Below the pieces are notes generated by a model. The model saw only the letters and a program-made list of their open reading frames with translations. It was not told the origin of the DNA and did no database searches. A program made the translations under genes and the position numbers. From contig CAYQDM010000005.1 in the NCBI GenBank assembly GCA_964416305.1, positions 43,797 through 107,796 on the forward strand: a stretch of 64,000 nt of DNA, written 5' to 3'. This document shows, piece by piece, positions 1-9,685 of this stretch (positions within the stretch are counted from its first letter, which is position 1; every line of letters starts with the position of its first letter). Source of the stretch: an uncultured Acidaminobacter sp. (GTDB lineage: Bacteria > Bacillota > Clostridia > Peptostreptococcales > Acidaminobacteraceae).

Positions 1-59
1 CAGGCAGCGAGTGAGAATACTAGGACGAGTGAAAGCAGTAAAGCGACTAACTTTTTCAT
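1..59 (-). CDS. 5' end of a lipoprotein gene (possibly a solute-binding protein); continues past the window start
   Basis: ATG at 59-57 lies 6 nt downstream of GGGAGGA (72-66). Translation is MKKLVALLLSLVLVFSLAA followed by TG-, a lipoprotein-type signal peptide with a lipobox if the next codon is Cys. Only 19 codons are visible. Confidence 0.4.
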   Translation of the reverse strand, partial: MKKLVALLLSLVLVFSLAA

Positions 60-83
60 TCATTTTCCTCCCTGATTGTTTTA

Positions 84-1253
84 TTATTTGTAAAACTTAG
101 AGCCGAATTCATAAAGTGCATCATAAAATGCGACAACATTTTCTACAGGCGCATCTCTTTGAATGTTGTGTACCGACCCGAGAATCAAACCACCACCCGG
201 TGCCAAATCTCGAACGCGCTGCTCAACCTCCGCTCGAATGTCCGCAACTGTACCATGTGTCAAGGTGCTTTGACTTTCACAGCCCGCACCCCAAAAAGAC
301 AATTTCTTTCCAAATTCATTTTTCAACTGCGCTGTGTCATTCATGCCCACTGCGGAAACTTGCAAAGGATTTAGAACATCAAAACCAACATCAACAATAT
401 CGGGCAGAAATTCCGAAATTGCACCATCACTATGATATATGACTTTGACATCAGCTTTGGACTTGATAAATGAAACAATTTTCTTATGAGCCGGTTTGAT
501 AAGTTCTCTGTAAATCGAAGGCTTCATAATTGGGCTGCTTTGTGTTCCCAAATCATCACAAATTACAACCGCTTCAAGATACTTTCCGGCTTCATCCAGG
601 ATCAGATCCCACTGCCCAATGTGATAAGAAACAATTCTGTCAAGCAGCGCTTCAACTACCTTAGGTTCCAGCATCATCTTGATGAAGAATTCCTCAAAAC
701 CCATGAGCCACTGGCACGGAACGTAAACACCCCCATAAAGTGGTCCATTCATGATCAGGGCATAATCCGTACCTTCATACAGATCTTTCGCGAGCTTTCC
801 CAAACCAGCGATCCTGCTGTTGTCCCGAGGGTCTGGCCATTTGAACTTTTCAATGTCGTCGAGTGTGCAATCCAAAAGCGGGTGGCCGATGGTATCGTAA
901 TATAATCCGTTTTTAGGCGACCTCCATTTTACACCCCATTTATCCACATAGGTCGTCGCACCATCGCTTTCAATTTTTGGGCTTAATTGAGAGCCGTACG
1001 GCGCCATGATCGTCAGCGGATAGCAGTCCGCCTTAAATCTCTGTCTGATTGACTCATCAGGAAAAACCGACTGCGATGGCATAGAAGTCAAATTGATAGG
1101 ATTGTCCATGCCAAGGTATGCCTGCAACTTTTTATATGCATCCCGATGGAACGTTGTCAGTGCCGATATGCCCCCGATATCGATTGGCACACGATCTGAC
1201 TCCAGATGGTTTAAAGCTCTTTTTACGCGTTCCCTGGAGTTCATCTGCACCAT
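84..1253 (-). CDS. URO-D-fold corrinoid methyltransferase (MtaA/CmuA/O-demethylase MT-I-like)
   Basis: 389-aa ORF. The N-terminus RERVKRALNHLESDRVPIDIGG and the overall length and pattern are typical of the uroporphyrinogen-decarboxylase-like methyltransferase family. It has an RBS (AAGGGG) and a sigma-54 promoter upstream. Confidence 0.75.
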   Translation of the reverse strand: MVQMNSRERVKRALNHLESDRVPIDIGGISALTTFHRDAYKKLQAYLGMDNPINLTSMPSQSVFPDESIRQRFKADCYPLTIMAPYGSQLSPKIESDGATTYVDKWGVKWRSPKNGLYYDTIGHPLLDCTLDDIEKFKWPDPRDNSRIAGLGKLAKDLYEGTDYALIMNGPLYGGVYVPCQWLMGFEEFFIKMMLEPKVVEALLDRIVSYHIGQWDLILDEAGKYLEAVVICDDLGTQSSPIMKPSIYRELIKPAHKKIVSFIKSKADVKVIYHSDGAISEFLPDIVDVGFDVLNPLQVSAVGMNDTAQLKNEFGKKLSFWGAGCESQSTLTHGTVADIRAEVEQRVRDLAPGGGLILGSVHNIQRDAPVENVVAFYDALYEFGSKFYK

Positions 1254-1287
1254 TATTAACCCCCTTTTCTATTCAATAAATATCAAA

Positions 1288-1302
1288 GCAAGGTTTGTGC
1301 CA
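1288..1302 (-). promoter_or_regulatory. sigma-54 (-24/-12) promoter
   Basis: The minus strand reads TGGCAC-AAACC-TTGC(T), an exact TGGCAC-N5-TTGCW match. It sits about 35 nt upstream of the ATG at 1253. Confidence 0.65.
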
Positions 1303-1554
1303 ACCCAGTCATTTTTAAGAACATTAACAGAGTTTATTCGAAAAAAATGCAATTTTCTTAATTTGATCTTGCAAATCTCAATCAGAATAGAGAATTTCGA
1401 CATCCTTAAGCATAATATTTCAACATTCTGAATATTTTAAAAATAAAGATGCCTGGGATAACTATGCCAAACATAAAAATGCCATTTCTAAATTGACGCG
1501 CCAGCATAAATTGATGTAACAGCGCATCGGAGAAATGCGGTTCTGCATCAAAAA

Positions 1555-1782
1555 TCATCCTCCAACAATCACCGGGATCACAACAACTTCATCCCCATCC
1601 TTCAATGTGTCGCTATATTTGGCCGGAGTGCCATTTACCAAAAATGTCACTGTCCTAATCATACTTTCTTCAATCTTATGTTCAGTCAACAAACTGAAGA
1701 TGGTAGCGCAGTTGTCTGCGGTCGATAAAACCTGGTTGGATTTCAAGTTTATATAAGAAGCATTCTTAATTGTTATTTTCAC
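1555..1782 (-). CDS. MoaD/ThiS-family ubiquitin-like sulfur-carrier protein (C-terminal GG)
   Basis: Small ORF ending ...DGDEVVVIPVIVGG-stop. The preferred start is GTG at 1782 (VKITIKN...), 8 nt downstream of GCGAGG. The ORF track begins at 1791, also a GTG. Confidence 0.6.
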   Translation of the reverse strand: MKITIKNASYINLKSNQVLSTADNCATIFSLLTEHKIEESMIRTVTFLVNGTPAKYSDTLKDGDEVVVIPVIVGG

Positions 1783-1831
1783 GAAACACACCTCGCTTTA
1801 TGAATTTATTTTCTCTCATGCATCCTTTATA

Positions 1832-1846
1832 GCAATTACAAGGCCA
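1832..1846 (-). promoter_or_regulatory. sigma-54-type promoter (weaker match)
   Basis: The minus strand reads TGGCCT-TGTAA-TTGC(T). The GG and TTGC elements have correct spacing. It lies ~50 nt upstream of the MoaD-like start. Confidence 0.45.
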
Positions 1847-1871
1847 GCGAGTGCACATAATATAATCTTAT

Positions 1872-1913
1872 TTAAAAAAATGTCCTTCCATCAATATGAC
1901 AGTAAGGACATTT
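1872..1913 (-). terminator. Rho-independent terminator after the sigma-54 activator gene
   Basis: Perfect 10-bp inverted repeat AAATGTCCTT / AAGGACATTT, followed on the minus strand by a T7 run. Confidence 0.65.
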
Positions 1914-1988
1914 CAGTTACATCATTTGAGCCGAACCATTTTCTAAGCATTACAAAACCTTAGTGGAAACTCTTTAACGGACATAAGA

Positions 1989-3686
1989 TTAAGTCTGCTT
2001 ATTCAGTTTCCTTACAATGGTTGACTGATCAACGCCAAGTGCATGTGCTGCTTTTCGCGTTGTTCCGTATTCGTGCATGGCCATTTCAATCAGCTTATCT
2101 TCCAAGATCCCAACTGCCTCTTTTAATGGCATGATCCCGTGCAGATCAATAATTGGAAATCCTTCGTTAGTGTCTCTAAGCATCCTTTCCGGAAGATGCA
2201 TTTTTCCAATCACCGGTTCTCGTGTTAAAACAACGAGATTTTCAATCAGGTTTTCAAGCTCTCGAACATTTCCAGGCCAGGAATAATTGCACAAGAAGTC
2301 CGTAACATCAGTTTCAATGGATTTCTCTACCTTGTGCTTCTCAGCGAATTTTTTCAAAAAATGATGGATCAGTACCGGGATATCTTCTCTTCGTTCACGT
2401 AAAGGCGGCACAGTGATTCCAACTACATTCAACCGATAAAACAAATCTTCTCTAAATAAACCTTCGCGAGACATTTCCTCAAGATTTTTATTTGTCGCCG
2501 CTATGATTCTTACGTCCAAATTGATTGTTTTTGAACCGCCAAGCCTCATGATTTCCTTGCCTTGAATTGCCCTGAGCAATTTCACCTGCAAATTCAGTGG
2601 GATATCTGCCACTTCATCCAATAAAATTGTACCGCCATTTGCCAGTTCGAACATCCCTATTTTTCCCTTTTGATTCGCGCCGGTAAACGCTCCTTTTTCG
2701 TAGCCAAACAGCTCTGACTCAAGCAAAGACTCAGGGATCGCTCCACAATTAACTTTAATAAAAGGTTTGTCACGTCGATCACTTGCATCAACAATACTAT
2801 CTGCAACGACTTCTTTTCCCGATCCGGATTCACCCAAAATCAGAACGTTAAGATCGAATCGTCCAACGCGCTGTGTCAACTCGAATATTTCACTCATAAT
2901 GCCGCTGCGAAAAATATAGCCGCGGTTCAATGGTTTTTTACTGTTTCTCAATTTCTCAATTTCAATTTTCTGTTGATCTATGATTTTGTCTTTATCATTC
3001 AATTCTTTCCGTAAGTTATCGAACTCCGTAATGTCTCGTACGTTATTTACAATAAAGGCAATCTCTCCGTCACTATTGAAGATGGGATTGCCAGTGATCA
3101 GAACTTGCTTATTTGTTTTATAATTGTAGCCCATTATTGTCACTCTTTTATGTTCATTCATAACAGCTAATGTCGCAGAAACAGAAAAAAGTTTTTGATT
3201 GATCAAATCATGGGTCATTTTACCCACTACGTCTTCCCTCTTTATTCCAGTCAATCTTTCATTTGCTAAATTGGTATAGAGAACCTTGCCTTTGCCATCT
3301 GTAATCCACAAACCATCATACGAAGATTCCAAGATTCTTATAATCTCATCTGTCAGAGTAAATCCATTAGAAGAAGGCATCACAGATTCACACTCAATCA
3401 ATAGAGCTCCAATCAGCAAACCATCCGGATTATAGATATCGAGCTTCTCCTTTGAGTCGATCTTCTGTGAATCCAATACAAAGTCCCCTGACTCAAGCTG
3501 TCTGTCCGAACCATCCTTTTTCTTAAAAGTCGCTTTTATATTTTTTTTTGAATTGCTGCCGGTCTGATTTTTTGGATCTTCCAATGATCTCTGAAATCTA
3601 AATTTTACATTGAGATGATGCTCTTCCAGCAATGTATTGATCACATCAACCATACTTCTGCAATCAGTAAGATACTTTAATCCCAC
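1989..3686 (-). CDS. sigma-54-dependent transcriptional activator (PAS sensor + AAA+ + Fis-type HTH)
   Basis: Walker A GESGSGKE, the sigma-54 contact loop GAFTGA, ELFGYEKGAFTGA, and a C-terminal HTH (TTRKAAHALGVDQSTIVRKL). A PAS-like region lies upstream of the AAA+ core. The start is GTG with a GGGGG RBS. Confidence 0.9.
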   Translation of the reverse strand: MGLKYLTDCRSMVDVINTLLEEHHLNVKFRFQRSLEDPKNQTGSNSKKNIKATFKKKDGSDRQLESGDFVLDSQKIDSKEKLDIYNPDGLLIGALLIECESVMPSSNGFTLTDEIIRILESSYDGLWITDGKGKVLYTNLANERLTGIKREDVVGKMTHDLINQKLFSVSATLAVMNEHKRVTIMGYNYKTNKQVLITGNPIFNSDGEIAFIVNNVRDITEFDNLRKELNDKDKIIDQQKIEIEKLRNSKKPLNRGYIFRSGIMSEIFELTQRVGRFDLNVLILGESGSGKEVVADSIVDASDRRDKPFIKVNCGAIPESLLESELFGYEKGAFTGANQKGKIGMFELANGGTILLDEVADIPLNLQVKLLRAIQGKEIMRLGGSKTINLDVRIIAATNKNLEEMSREGLFREDLFYRLNVVGITVPPLRERREDIPVLIHHFLKKFAEKHKVEKSIETDVTDFLCNYSWPGNVRELENLIENLVVLTREPVIGKMHLPERMLRDTNEGFPIIDLHGIMPLKEAVGILEDKLIEMAMHEYGTTRKAAHALGVDQSTIVRKLNKQT

Positions 3687-3804
3687 ACCATTTGCCCCCT
3701 TATTTAAAGCACTATTTTCGAGTTCCTACCAGGGGATCGCCGACTCTTAATATCAAAAACGCTAGATAGATTCTCTGAAGGTTTTTGGTGTTAAATCTAT
3801 TTTA

Positions 3805-6216
3805 TTAAATATTTCCAAAGGTCAGATTGTCGACAAATAAGTCATTGAAATTATTGTCTTTTGATATATCGATATACTCTGTTAAGTGAACAATTCGCTG
3901 AACACGATCATCATTATTTTTATCAAGTATGTAGTCTACCGCACCACCTAATGCGCTATTGCCAATAGGAACTATCACCTCTTCCAGCTCATGAGGGATC
4001 ATGCCAATTCCAACGGCACTCTTAATGTCCATTTTGCTGCCAAATCCACCCGCAATGAAGACTCGCTTTATATCTTTATAGCTGCAGCCAAATCTCGATA
4101 TCAAAATATCTATCCCTGTACGAATTGCTGATTTTGCCAGTTGCACTTCTCTGAAGTCCTTTTGACTGAATGAAATTTTCGCCGATTCCAGACCTTCTGA
4201 GATCACGATGCCGTCTTTTAACTCAGCGTTTTCTATATGGCCAGTCTCGTTTATAATGCCACAGATGAGCGATGAATATACCATGTCAATTACACCCGAA
4301 CCACAAATGCCAACAGGCGAAAAATTTCCTATCGTAGTAAATTCGAATGTGTCCCCTTCCCTATGAATAGAGTTGATCGCTCCATCAACGCATCCTGTAC
4401 CACAGGATATATTGGCCCCTTCAAAAGCAGGACCTGCAGCCGCAGCAAGACACATCATTTTTCTCTTGTTTCCGATCACCATTTCACCGTTTGTACCAAT
4501 ATCAACAAGCAGAGCAATTTCTTCTTTCAGATCCATGTTACAGTTTAAAACTCCCATTACCAGATCAGATCCTACGTAAGCTGAGATTCCCGGCATAATA
4601 CTCACAAGTGCCTGAATATGATTCCTCTTAAAAATTTCTTCAAAACCGAATTTGTGTTTATTTAAAGTGACAGACAAAAATGGGGCTGAACCTATTGTCT
4701 TGCATTGAATTCCCATAAAAAGATGCAGCATTGTCGTATTGCCTGTTATGACAATGTCGTGTATGCCTCTCGGTTCAACGTCACAGGATTCGCATAGAAC
4801 CTCAATCCCCTTCAACACGTCATCCCGTACCGCATCATTCAACGCGGATAGATTAGCCGCGTCCAGAGAGGCAAATTGAATTCTCGAAATGACATCAGAA
4901 CCGTATTTATTCTGACTGTTCAATACAGAATATCGATCAACCAATTCACCGGTATGCAAATTTACCAGACCAACTACAATGGTCGTGGTCCCTATGTCCA
5001 CAACAAATCCAAATTGCTGCATTCGTTGAGACGTTATGTCGAGTATTTCGCCATCACTCATGTAAAGATAAATTGTCTCCAAATCTCGATTTTCAGCAAT
5101 CAGTTCAGACAGGGCAAATAAGGCTTTCAAAGAAAACTTTCGTTCGTTGACAACCCCTTTAAGCCATTGTAACGCACCGGCTTCATGACTTCGTTTTTGG
5201 GGCAGTGCCACTGGCAAGGTTTCAACCCAAGGATGCAAATCACTCTGGTTCTGAATAAAGTCAGTAATGATTGTACTTTTTCGATTCATAGCTTGAATTT
5301 TGATTGTGCAATTCCGGCTCGGATACGCGCAGCAGGACAACCGGTAACCTGATCTAATCTCCTCATCTGACAGCTTCTTATAATCTGACTCTGTTGCAGG
5401 CAGCTCACCCTCAAGGAGCATAATTTTGCATTTCCCACAAGTCCCATGGCCACCGCATGGTGACACCAGATTTGCCTTTTTCACCAGCGAATGCAGTAAG
5501 CTTTCGCCAGGAGTATATTCCACTTCATAGGAAATTGAATCCTCAATGACGGTTATAATTATGGTCTGGTCGTCTCTAAGAGTGCAATCAGAATTTTCGC
5601 AGTTTTCGCAGCTTTGGTTTCTTTGGATATTTGAAAACGCTTCATCTGCTCCATACAAATACATCATGGATTTTACAGGCTTAAGCATAAAAGAATTCGT
5701 GATGTCCAGCGCTAAGTTCAAATCTGCCCTAAGTGTCTTAAAAATCACTTGTTGGAATGCCATTGGCATGGCAGCATCCCCGGGTGTCACTCTGCAACTC
5801 AATTTTAAACCTAGTGGGTGGCACACGCGAATGATCTCTTCATACATCAAATTACTCATCCTGAATAAATACTCATCCGCTATGACATCCAACATCATTG
5901 CCTCCAAATATTCACCTTCGGTAAATAAACCCTGGATCCTGTCTTCTACCGGCGCTCCCAAGGTAACTGCTGCCCATACGATTTTTTTTGCCCTATTTGC
6001 CGGTTCTATGGAATTAAGTTGGTCTGATTGTTCTGTTAACGAAAAAATCCCTTTGGGGGCAATAAGACCACTGAAATCATTTTCTAGTTTATTGAATACT
6101 TCACAGGCTTCAATATAAGCATCGCTGCCGTCATGACATTTCATTATCCTAAATATTTTCTCTCGATCAAGTTGTATATTAAATTCATTTACAAATTTTA
6201 TCATTTTAATGATCAC
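3805..6216 (-). CDS. Corrinoid reductive activase (RamA/RACo-like ASKHA ATPase with 2Fe-2S ferredoxin domain and an extra N-terminal domain)
   Basis: Plant-type ferredoxin motif CGGHGTCGKCK...C. Downstream ASKHA-type motifs are VVDIGTTTIV, LVDIGTNGE and GICGSG. At 803 aa it is longer than typical activases. Confidence 0.75.
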   Translation of the reverse strand: MIIKMIKFVNEFNIQLDREKIFRIMKCHDGSDAYIEACEVFNKLENDFSGLIAPKGIFSLTEQSDQLNSIEPANRAKKIVWAAVTLGAPVEDRIQGLFTEGEYLEAMMLDVIADEYLFRMSNLMYEEIIRVCHPLGLKLSCRVTPGDAAMPMAFQQVIFKTLRADLNLALDITNSFMLKPVKSMMYLYGADEAFSNIQRNQSCENCENSDCTLRDDQTIIITVIEDSISYEVEYTPGESLLHSLVKKANLVSPCGGHGTCGKCKIMLLEGELPATESDYKKLSDEEIRSGYRLSCCAYPSRNCTIKIQAMNRKSTIITDFIQNQSDLHPWVETLPVALPQKRSHEAGALQWLKGVVNERKFSLKALFALSELIAENRDLETIYLYMSDGEILDITSQRMQQFGFVVDIGTTTIVVGLVNLHTGELVDRYSVLNSQNKYGSDVISRIQFASLDAANLSALNDAVRDDVLKGIEVLCESCDVEPRGIHDIVITGNTTMLHLFMGIQCKTIGSAPFLSVTLNKHKFGFEEIFKRNHIQALVSIMPGISAYVGSDLVMGVLNCNMDLKEEIALLVDIGTNGEMVIGNKRKMMCLAAAAGPAFEGANISCGTGCVDGAINSIHREGDTFEFTTIGNFSPVGICGSGVIDMVYSSLICGIINETGHIENAELKDGIVISEGLESAKISFSQKDFREVQLAKSAIRTGIDILISRFGCSYKDIKRVFIAGGFGSKMDIKSAVGIGMIPHELEEVIVPIGNSALGGAVDYILDKNNDDRVQRIVHLTEYIDISKDNNFNDLFVDNLTFGNI

Positions 6217-6421
6217 GATCCTTTTTTATTATCGCATCATGATGTCTAAAATACGTCTTTTGTTAATACTTAATCGCAAGGAGCAAAAGCTTTTCGTTTT
6301 TCCGCTTCAACTAACACAGTGTGAACGCAAAACCATCTCACACCTAAATGCGAACATCCACGCAGCTTCGATCCGAAGAGCCACATGGATGTTCATTGCC
6401 ACATTCCTGGAGAATTGCAGT

Positions 6422-7072
6422 TTAGCTTATTTTTTCTAGAATCATTTTCTTCGCAGCTTCAGCGGCAGTCGAAGCATCCGGCGCGTAGCAATCGGCACCA
6501 ATCTCTTTGGCAAAATTATTGTTAAGTGGCGCACCACCAACCATAACTATGTATTTGTTTCTTAGATTTCTGTTTTCCAGGTCACTGAGTACATCTTTCA
6601 TATTGCCCATAGTCGATGTCAATAGTGCTGACATTGCAATAACATCCGCGCCATACTCTTCAGCTTTGTCTCCAAATACTTCAGGTGCGACGTCAATTCC
6701 AATATCGATGACCTCCAGGCCAGCGCCTTTCATCATCATAATTACAAGATTCTTTCCAATGTCATGCAAGTCTCCCTGAACTGTGCCCACCACCACTTTG
6801 CCTATTGGCTTTACACCTGATTCCGCAAGCAATGGTTCGAGCACCTTCATCCCAACATTCATGGCTCGCGCTGCAACCAATACTTCAGGTACGTAAACAT
6901 CATTGTTTTTGAACTTGACGCCAATGACGTTCATACCTGCCAGCAATCCATCATTCAAAATTTCACTTGCCGTCAATTTCTCTGCTACAGCTTGTGAAAC
7001 CAGTTCCTGAACCTTTTTAGCATTTCCCTTTTGAACCATTTCAGAAATATTTTCCAACAACATGTCCTTCAC
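6422..7072 (-). CDS. Cobalamin-binding corrinoid protein (MtaC/MtbC/MttC-like)
   Basis: B12-binding DxHxxG motif (GDLHDIGKNLV), followed by a Rossmann-like SALLTST...VMVGGAP and an N-terminal helical cap. Length is 216 aa. Confidence 0.9.
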   Translation of the reverse strand: MKDMLLENISEMVQKGNAKKVQELVSQAVAEKLTASEILNDGLLAGMNVIGVKFKNNDVYVPEVLVAARAMNVGMKVLEPLLAESGVKPIGKVVVGTVQGDLHDIGKNLVIMMMKGAGLEVIDIGIDVAPEVFGDKAEEYGADVIAMSALLTSTMGNMKDVLSDLENRNLRNKYIVMVGGAPLNNNFAKEIGADCYAPDASTAAEAAKKMILEKIS

Positions 7073-7287
7073 TCCCCTAAAGTCTTTTTTATTTAAGTAC
7101 GCATGGCCTCAGCGACATGATCAAACCGGAAGCCGAATAGCATCAGACCGAGGCTCCACCTTGATTATTGTCAGCTTATTATATTGTCTGAATTTTCATC
7201 TATTTGTTCACACTGTATCAAATCTCGTCAAATCTGTTTTGCATTATTTTTTAATTTATCACAATAATATTTGATGTTTTTAAATTC

Positions 7288-8553
7288 TTACATTATTTTT
7301 CCGTGCCTCAAGCGATATTTTCCGGGTGAGGTACCGGTATTTTTTTTGAATACCCTCGAGAAATAACTTTGATCTTCATACCCCACCAGCTCACTTATTT
7401 CAACAATCGTAAATTCATTCTCCAAAAGCAATTTTTTCGCCTGTTCGATTCGCAAGTGATTGAGGTAGGCGTTGAAACTCACCTTCAATTCAGATTTGAA
7501 AATCGTGGAAAAATATGACGAACTATGGTTTACATAGGCAGCGACCTCTTCCAGAGTAATCTTCTTTTGAAAATTCTTTTGCAGAAAATCAACTGCTTTC
7601 AATATGACTTGAGGATGCTTAAGATCATTCTGATCAAAAACTTGTTCAATAAAATGAAGCATGATATGAAATAGCCAAGCGGACAACTCTGCGACAGTTT
7701 TGAAGTCATTGATTTGACTCAGATATTTATATTTTAAACCGAATATTTTTTCAAGCCCGGCACCGCCTTCCAAAGCAGCCCTTGATAATAGGACCACCAG
7801 CTCAAGCACTCGGCCTTTAGCAATTTCAAAATCGTGATTTGAATAGGACGCAATATACAGCAGAATCTCATCCAAAAGACGCTGTGCCTGGACTTTATTG
7901 CCAGATGAAATGAAGGCGAGAAGCTGACGTTCTTTTTCAATAGGGTAAGCTTCCGCTTCTTCTCCCCCACCCATCGTATTGAGATATTTGAGGTATTTTG
8001 AAATATCTCGGCCAAGTGCAGTTTCGTCTTTTACATAATGGACCTGATCCATTCCGTTTATAGAAACGCAGACAGCGGACAACATATGACTGAGCGCTGT
8101 AACGCGTTCAGCCGGAATCTGAGGAATATGCTGAATCCCATTGTTTATAAGTGGGATTTGTTTGCTTTTTATTAGAAATTTATCTATTAACTCCTCAAAA
8201 ACAAATTCCTCATGGCTGTTCAACAAAACCGGTCCACCGACGACCACTGCAAACAGTCCCCCTTCACTATAAACGGGAGAAGCAAAATTCACTAGTCCCA
8301 CAGGGCAGTAAAAGACATATTCGCCGTCAAATCTTTCAGACTGCCGCCCGCTATATAACAGCGACTTTCCGCATTCAACATTAATCTGGGTGATTTCAGA
8401 CAAAATCTCGCAAAGATTACATGCAGGACTTATTGACTGTTCCGATTCATCCAAAAAAATCGCTCGGCACCCAACGCCCGTCGCCATTGAAAATTGTCTG
8501 GTTTTCTCAGTCAATACCTGTTTACACTTCAGCGCTGCTATTGAACTCCCCAT
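7288..8553 (-). CDS. PocR-sensor / AraC-family transcriptional regulator
   Basis: The N-terminal half is a Cys-rich PocR-like ligand domain. The C-terminus is an AraC HTH (LEEVAAYVNHSSSYFSTIFK...YEDQSYFSRVFKKNTGTSPGKYR). Confidence 0.8.
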   Translation of the reverse strand: MGSSIAALKCKQVLTEKTRQFSMATGVGCRAIFLDESEQSISPACNLCEILSEITQINVECGKSLLYSGRQSERFDGEYVFYCPVGLVNFASPVYSEGGLFAVVVGGPVLLNSHEEFVFEELIDKFLIKSKQIPLINNGIQHIPQIPAERVTALSHMLSAVCVSINGMDQVHYVKDETALGRDISKYLKYLNTMGGGEEAEAYPIEKERQLLAFISSGNKVQAQRLLDEILLYIASYSNHDFEIAKGRVLELVVLLSRAALEGGAGLEKIFGLKYKYLSQINDFKTVAELSAWLFHIMLHFIEQVFDQNDLKHPQVILKAVDFLQKNFQKKITLEEVAAYVNHSSSYFSTIFKSELKVSFNAYLNHLRIEQAKKLLLENEFTIVEISELVGYEDQSYFSRVFKKNTGTSPGKYRLRHGKIM

Positions 8554-8783
8554 AATCTTCCTCCTGACAAACTATTCAAAGCGTTCACCGTTTGATTATT
8601 TCGAATCATTTATGTATTCCGAAAATTTTTAACATTATTTATCACTTTTTAAAAGATGGATTGCCGGCGTATCAGTAAAATGGGCTTAACCTGTTATAGC
8701 ACTCCAGGCAGTCAGAAAGTTATCGCTTAAAGTCATCGACATGACATAACAGACTATTATTGGAAAAATCGAGGAGGACTGAC

Positions 8784-9584
8784 ATGATCATTATTGGAGA
8801 AAAAATCAATAGTACTTTAAAAGCCATTCGCCCTGCCATGGAATCTCGCGATCATTCAACCATTCAGGAACTTGCCATACGCCAGAGAGATGCGGGCGCC
8901 GCCTATATTGACGTAAACGCCGGCATGTTCCACAACAATGAACCAGAAGTTCTGAAATGGCTGATTCATACAATACAGGAAGTCTGTGATACTCCATTTT
9001 CAATTGATTCTCCAAGCGCAAACGGTATTTTATCAGGTCTGAAAGCAAATCGAAATTCGAAACCCATTATTAATTCAATCACTGGGGAAAAGGACAGATT
9101 TAATACCATCCTGCCGCTCGTGGCTGAATATAAAACAGGTGTTGTGGCATTATGCATGGACGATCGTGGAATGCCGGAAACTGTTCACGAGCGATTCGAG
9201 GTTGCAGAAACCCTGATTAAAAATTTGACCAGAGAAGGCATTCCGCTGGATGATATCTACATTGATCCACTTGTCAGACCAATCGGAACCGGTTCTCATT
9301 ATGGGATGCTTGCTATTGAAACGATCCGAAATGTAAAGAACGCCTATCCCGAAGTACATATTGCCTGCGGTCTGAGTAACGTATCGTTTGGTATTCCTGC
9401 TCGAAAAATAATGAATCAAACCTTTCTGGTCGCTGCAATGGCAGCCGGTATGGATGGCGCTATTTTGGATCCGCTTGACAAAAAACTCATGGCTTATTTG
9501 TACGCAACTGAAGCTCTTCTCGGTAGAGATGAGTACTGCCTGAATTACCTCGATAAATTCCGCCAGGGTGAACTCGAATTCTAG
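8784..9584 (+). CDS. Methyl-corrinoid:tetrahydrofolate methyltransferase (pterin-binding, AcsE/MtrH/MT-II-like)
   Basis: MIIIGEKINSTLKAIRPAME...AGAAYIDVNAG is the typical N-terminus of pterin-binding (DHPS-like) methyltransferases. The ATG at 8784 lies 6 nt after GAGGAGG. The ORF-track TTG at 8760 was rejected. Confidence 0.8.
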   Translation: MIIIGEKINSTLKAIRPAMESRDHSTIQELAIRQRDAGAAYIDVNAGMFHNNEPEVLKWLIHTIQEVCDTPFSIDSPSANGILSGLKANRNSKPIINSITGEKDRFNTILPLVAEYKTGVVALCMDDRGMPETVHERFEVAETLIKNLTREGIPLDDIYIDPLVRPIGTGSHYGMLAIETIRNVKNAYPEVHIACGLSNVSFGIPARKIMNQTFLVAAMAAGMDGAILDPLDKKLMAYLYATEALLGRDEYCLNYLDKFRQGELEF

Positions 9585-9685
9585 CCGTCAATTTCATTGA
9601 TTATGCAAAAGGATTCGCTAGCGAAACCCGGCCAAGTTATTCCGAGTGATCTTTACTTCTTAGGTCGAAAGGACTGATATCCGAA

